From contig ML996693.1 in NCBI GenBank assembly GCA_010356995.1, positions 1,054,001 to 1,118,000 of the forward strand: a stretch of 64,000 nucleotides of DNA, given 5' to 3'. The DNA is from Trichodelitschia bisporula (Eukaryota). The notes below the pieces were generated by a model. It was not told the origin of the DNA, did not search any database, and worked only from the letters and a program-made list of their open reading frames with translations. Of this stretch, positions 61,093 to 64,000 are shown one piece after another (the stretch's first letter is position 1; each line of letters starts with the position of its first letter). Made by a program: the position numbers and the translations under genes.

Positions 61093-62867
61093 GGTGGACT
61101 TGCTGAGCCAGCTATGGATGCCGCTGTCCTTCCATGCTGGGGTTGAAGCTGTGTCTAGCAGAATGCCAAATCTGCATGGAACAACGTTTTTCCGAAACGT
61201 GATGTCGGGATGAACAGAATTGGCAAGTACACCTTGGGATCAGAATGCACAAGCGATGCTATTTATTGAGACACCATCTCCGCAGGTTAGCTAAAGGTTA
61301 TGGGGTTGAAGGGTTTAAGCTTGAGGGTTACGCTGCGGTTTTGGGTCACTCAAGGCTCATCGATTGATGCACTTGAAGATGCCCGATCAAGGTCAGAACA
61401 AATCCCATGTCGGATCTATGGACTCAATAGGAAATGATTGTGACATTCAAGCCAATGAAGCACCGCGTAATCCCAGAGCGTTCCAGCGGATGAAAGTAGT
61501 CTCCGGCACATGGCCCGGCGCGTGAAAGGCGAGTTAGGTCAATAATGGACGCGTCCAAATCTTCAATTACCAGCCTCGAACGCGAGCTTTGACACTCTTT
61601 AGACGCGACTTTGTGCGCGGAAGCCCCACGCAGCAACCGTGCTGCGTGGGTCTCGGATGTAGCTTGCAGCGAAGAATTTGCAAGCAAAAGGTGGAGGCTG
61701 GGAGTGGGACAGTCGCTGATTTATGTCGCCGGGATATCCTGCTTGCGTTTGGTCGCCGATGAGACGCCGGCTGCATGCACAATCAAGTCATTCCAGCCTC
61801 CAGTTGGCTCACGATAGCCATGGTAACAGGAGTAGCACAGCGACTGGATTGAGGATTGTTAGGCCTGGCATGATTGTACAGACACAAAGGAAGGAGCAGT
61901 AAACAGATGATCGGTAGCCGCAATTCAGCTTGTTATGCATCGATACATTTGATGTGGAGTAAACATTAGAGTCCCCCTTGCAGACGCACATTGGTCCAAA
62001 GCGGATCGGGGAAGGTTTTCATGGTGGATGGAGGCACGGGTGGATGCTTGGCGCGCGTCAGGTACCCAGGCAACCGGCCAAGGAAGAGCCGGGGCCGTAC
62101 AAACTGGGCGGGCGAGGGGGGTCTGTGCTCTCGAGCCGAGCTAGCGCCCTCCCTCACTCAAAGTTGATCCGCCCAGCCAGACTCCCTCACTCTCTCTCTC
62201 TCTCTCTTCAAAAGTCCTCCTCCAACTCTCGCCCTCTTCCATCCCCCAAACCCCAACCAACCACCTTCACTTTTCGCCAACTCACGCAGCGCGCAGAACC
62301 TTTCGCGTCTTCAAGTCAATTTGACGATACTCTTCGTCAGGGTACGCATTTGATCAAATTCCAAATCTCGTCCAAATCCGCCTCTGTCGCGCTTCTTTTC
62401 GCGGCTTTCCGTAAGGGTACGTACCTCAGTCTGTCGCGGCGCGACACACGATACGCGAACGCGGCTCGTCTCCAAGCACGTCGCCCGTGACAAGGGTACA
62501 ACCCGGTGGTCCGTGCTTTACCACAACAACAAGCCCACACCCATCTACCTTCTTCACTTCAACTTCTCTTTCTCCAACAACAAACTCCATCCCCTCCCCA
62601 CGTCCCAACACTCGACAGCACCATTCCGTTCAATCTTCCACTGTTTCGTGTCCTCCCCGCGAAGCAGCAGGAATTGGCATTCCCCTGTCCCATCCGCCAG
62701 CTCTTCGAGGAGGATTGTTTTAACTCTCTGCCCCACCACTCTTCTGTCCCCATTGGTACTCTGCATTCTACCTGGACAGCACCAATAACCATTCGCCACA
62801 TACAGAACAGCTCCCGACTCTTCGAACTCTTCAACCAAACGTGAACTCCTTGATCAACTCGGTCGAG

Positions 62868-64000
62868 ATGGCTCCGGTAAGTCGATGCAAGCACTCCATG
62901 ACGCGACAGTCGCTAACCGCGTAGAAGATTACGAAGAAGGCCCTCGGGCATGGTGACGAAAACGCTACGACAACGCGTGTGACGCGTGCGAAGGCTGCCG
63001 CCCTTGGTGCCTCTGACATGACTGCCGACGTCAAGAAGCCGCTTCAGCAGCGCGTCAAGGCCACCGCCAACACTCGCAAGCGCGCTGCGCTCGATGATGT
63101 CTCGAACGTCGCGAAGACTGTTGCCAACGCTGGTAAAGGCAAGACCGGTCTCGTCTCAAAGTCCGCCCAGCCGACTGGTGTTCTCAAGGCTAAGGCGACC
63201 AAGTCCACGCTCGTCACCAAAAAGACCGACCTGAAGCGTTCGGCTAGCGGTACCGTTGGCAACGCCCCTGCGGCGAAGAAGCGCAACACGAGCTCGTCGA
63301 CCGGTCAAAAGTCGGATGCCGAAAACGATGCCGACGTGGACACTGATGCTCCGGTTGTCAAGGGCAACGAGCTGGTCAAGATCACCAAAGTCGAGGATCA
63401 GCAGCTCGTCCTTGCCTCTCAGGATGACGTGAAGAAGGAGGATCTCTGCCAAGTCATTGTGCATGGTGCCAGCGGTATGCCCCCTGGTGTTGAGGATCTC
63501 GACGCTGAGGACGAGCACGATCCCCTGATGGTCTCCGAGTACGTGGTTGAGATCTTCCACTACTTGGAAGAACTCGAGGAGAAGTGCATGCCGAACCCGG
63601 ACTACATGGATTCCCAGAAGGACCTTGAGTGGAAGATGCGCGGTATCCTGATCGACTGGCTGCTCGAGGTTCACACTCGTTTCCGCCTGCTCCCGGAGAC
63701 GCTCTTCCTGACGGTCAACATCATCGACCGCTTCCTCTCGACCAAGGTTGTCCAGCTCGACCGCCTCCAGCTCGTCGGCATCACGGCGATGTTCATTGCT
63801 TCCAAGTACGAAGAGGTACTCTCTCCTCATGTCCAGAACTTCCGCCACGTTGCCGATGATGGTTTCACCGAGGCCGAGATCCTCAGCGCCGAGCGCTTCA
63901 TCCTGGCTGCTCTGAACTACGACCTGAGCTACGCCAATCCGATGAACTTCCTTCGTCGCATCTCCAAGGCGGACAACTACGACGTCCAGACTCGCACTCT
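62868..64000 (+). CDS. G2/M B-type cyclin (NimE/Cdc13-like), 3'-truncated by the window end; intron 62877-62923
   Basis: ATG GCT CCG|GTAAGT..GCTAAC..TAG; DENATTRVTRAK; destruction box RAALDDVSN; cyclin box MRGILIDWLLEVH..LLPETLFLTVNIIDRFLS..LQLVGITAMFIASKYEE. Absent from the ORF track because it runs off the end. Confidence 0.95.

Noticed and set aside
63156..63848. 230-aa minus-strand ORF
   Set aside because: Antisense to the cyclin B coding sequence

Overview
Intron-containing, GC-rich genomic DNA of a filamentous ascomycete (Pezizomycotina). This is inferred from ~40-60 nt GT..CTRAC..YAG introns and fungal gene families. The window holds about 16 protein-coding loci: two tandem GPI-anchored cell-surface proteins, an HNH-endonuclease gene with an in-frame stop, a peroxisomal acyl-CoA ligase, kinesin-4, an F-box-like protein, a HIT hydrolase, ORC1, a CFEM protein, a MAPEG protein, RTP1, two coiled-coil proteins, a ferric reductase, mitochondrial uL2 and cyclin B (partial). 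It also holds an intron-containing tRNA-Leu(AAG) and decayed Ty3/gypsy fragments. The main hidden finding is a ~1.7-kb non-coding gene on the minus strand (~32700->30994) with the architecture of a fungal telomerase RNA: UAACCCUA template, adjacent template-boundary hairpin, 5'/3' closing stem, Sm site and a terminal intron with a non-canonical AUGAGU 5' splice site. Two further highlights are a one-nucleotide micro-exon in the HIT gene and a six-copy alternately inverted array of a transposase-like fragment at ~18.87-19.93 kb. All calls come from manual reading; no searches or folding programs were run.
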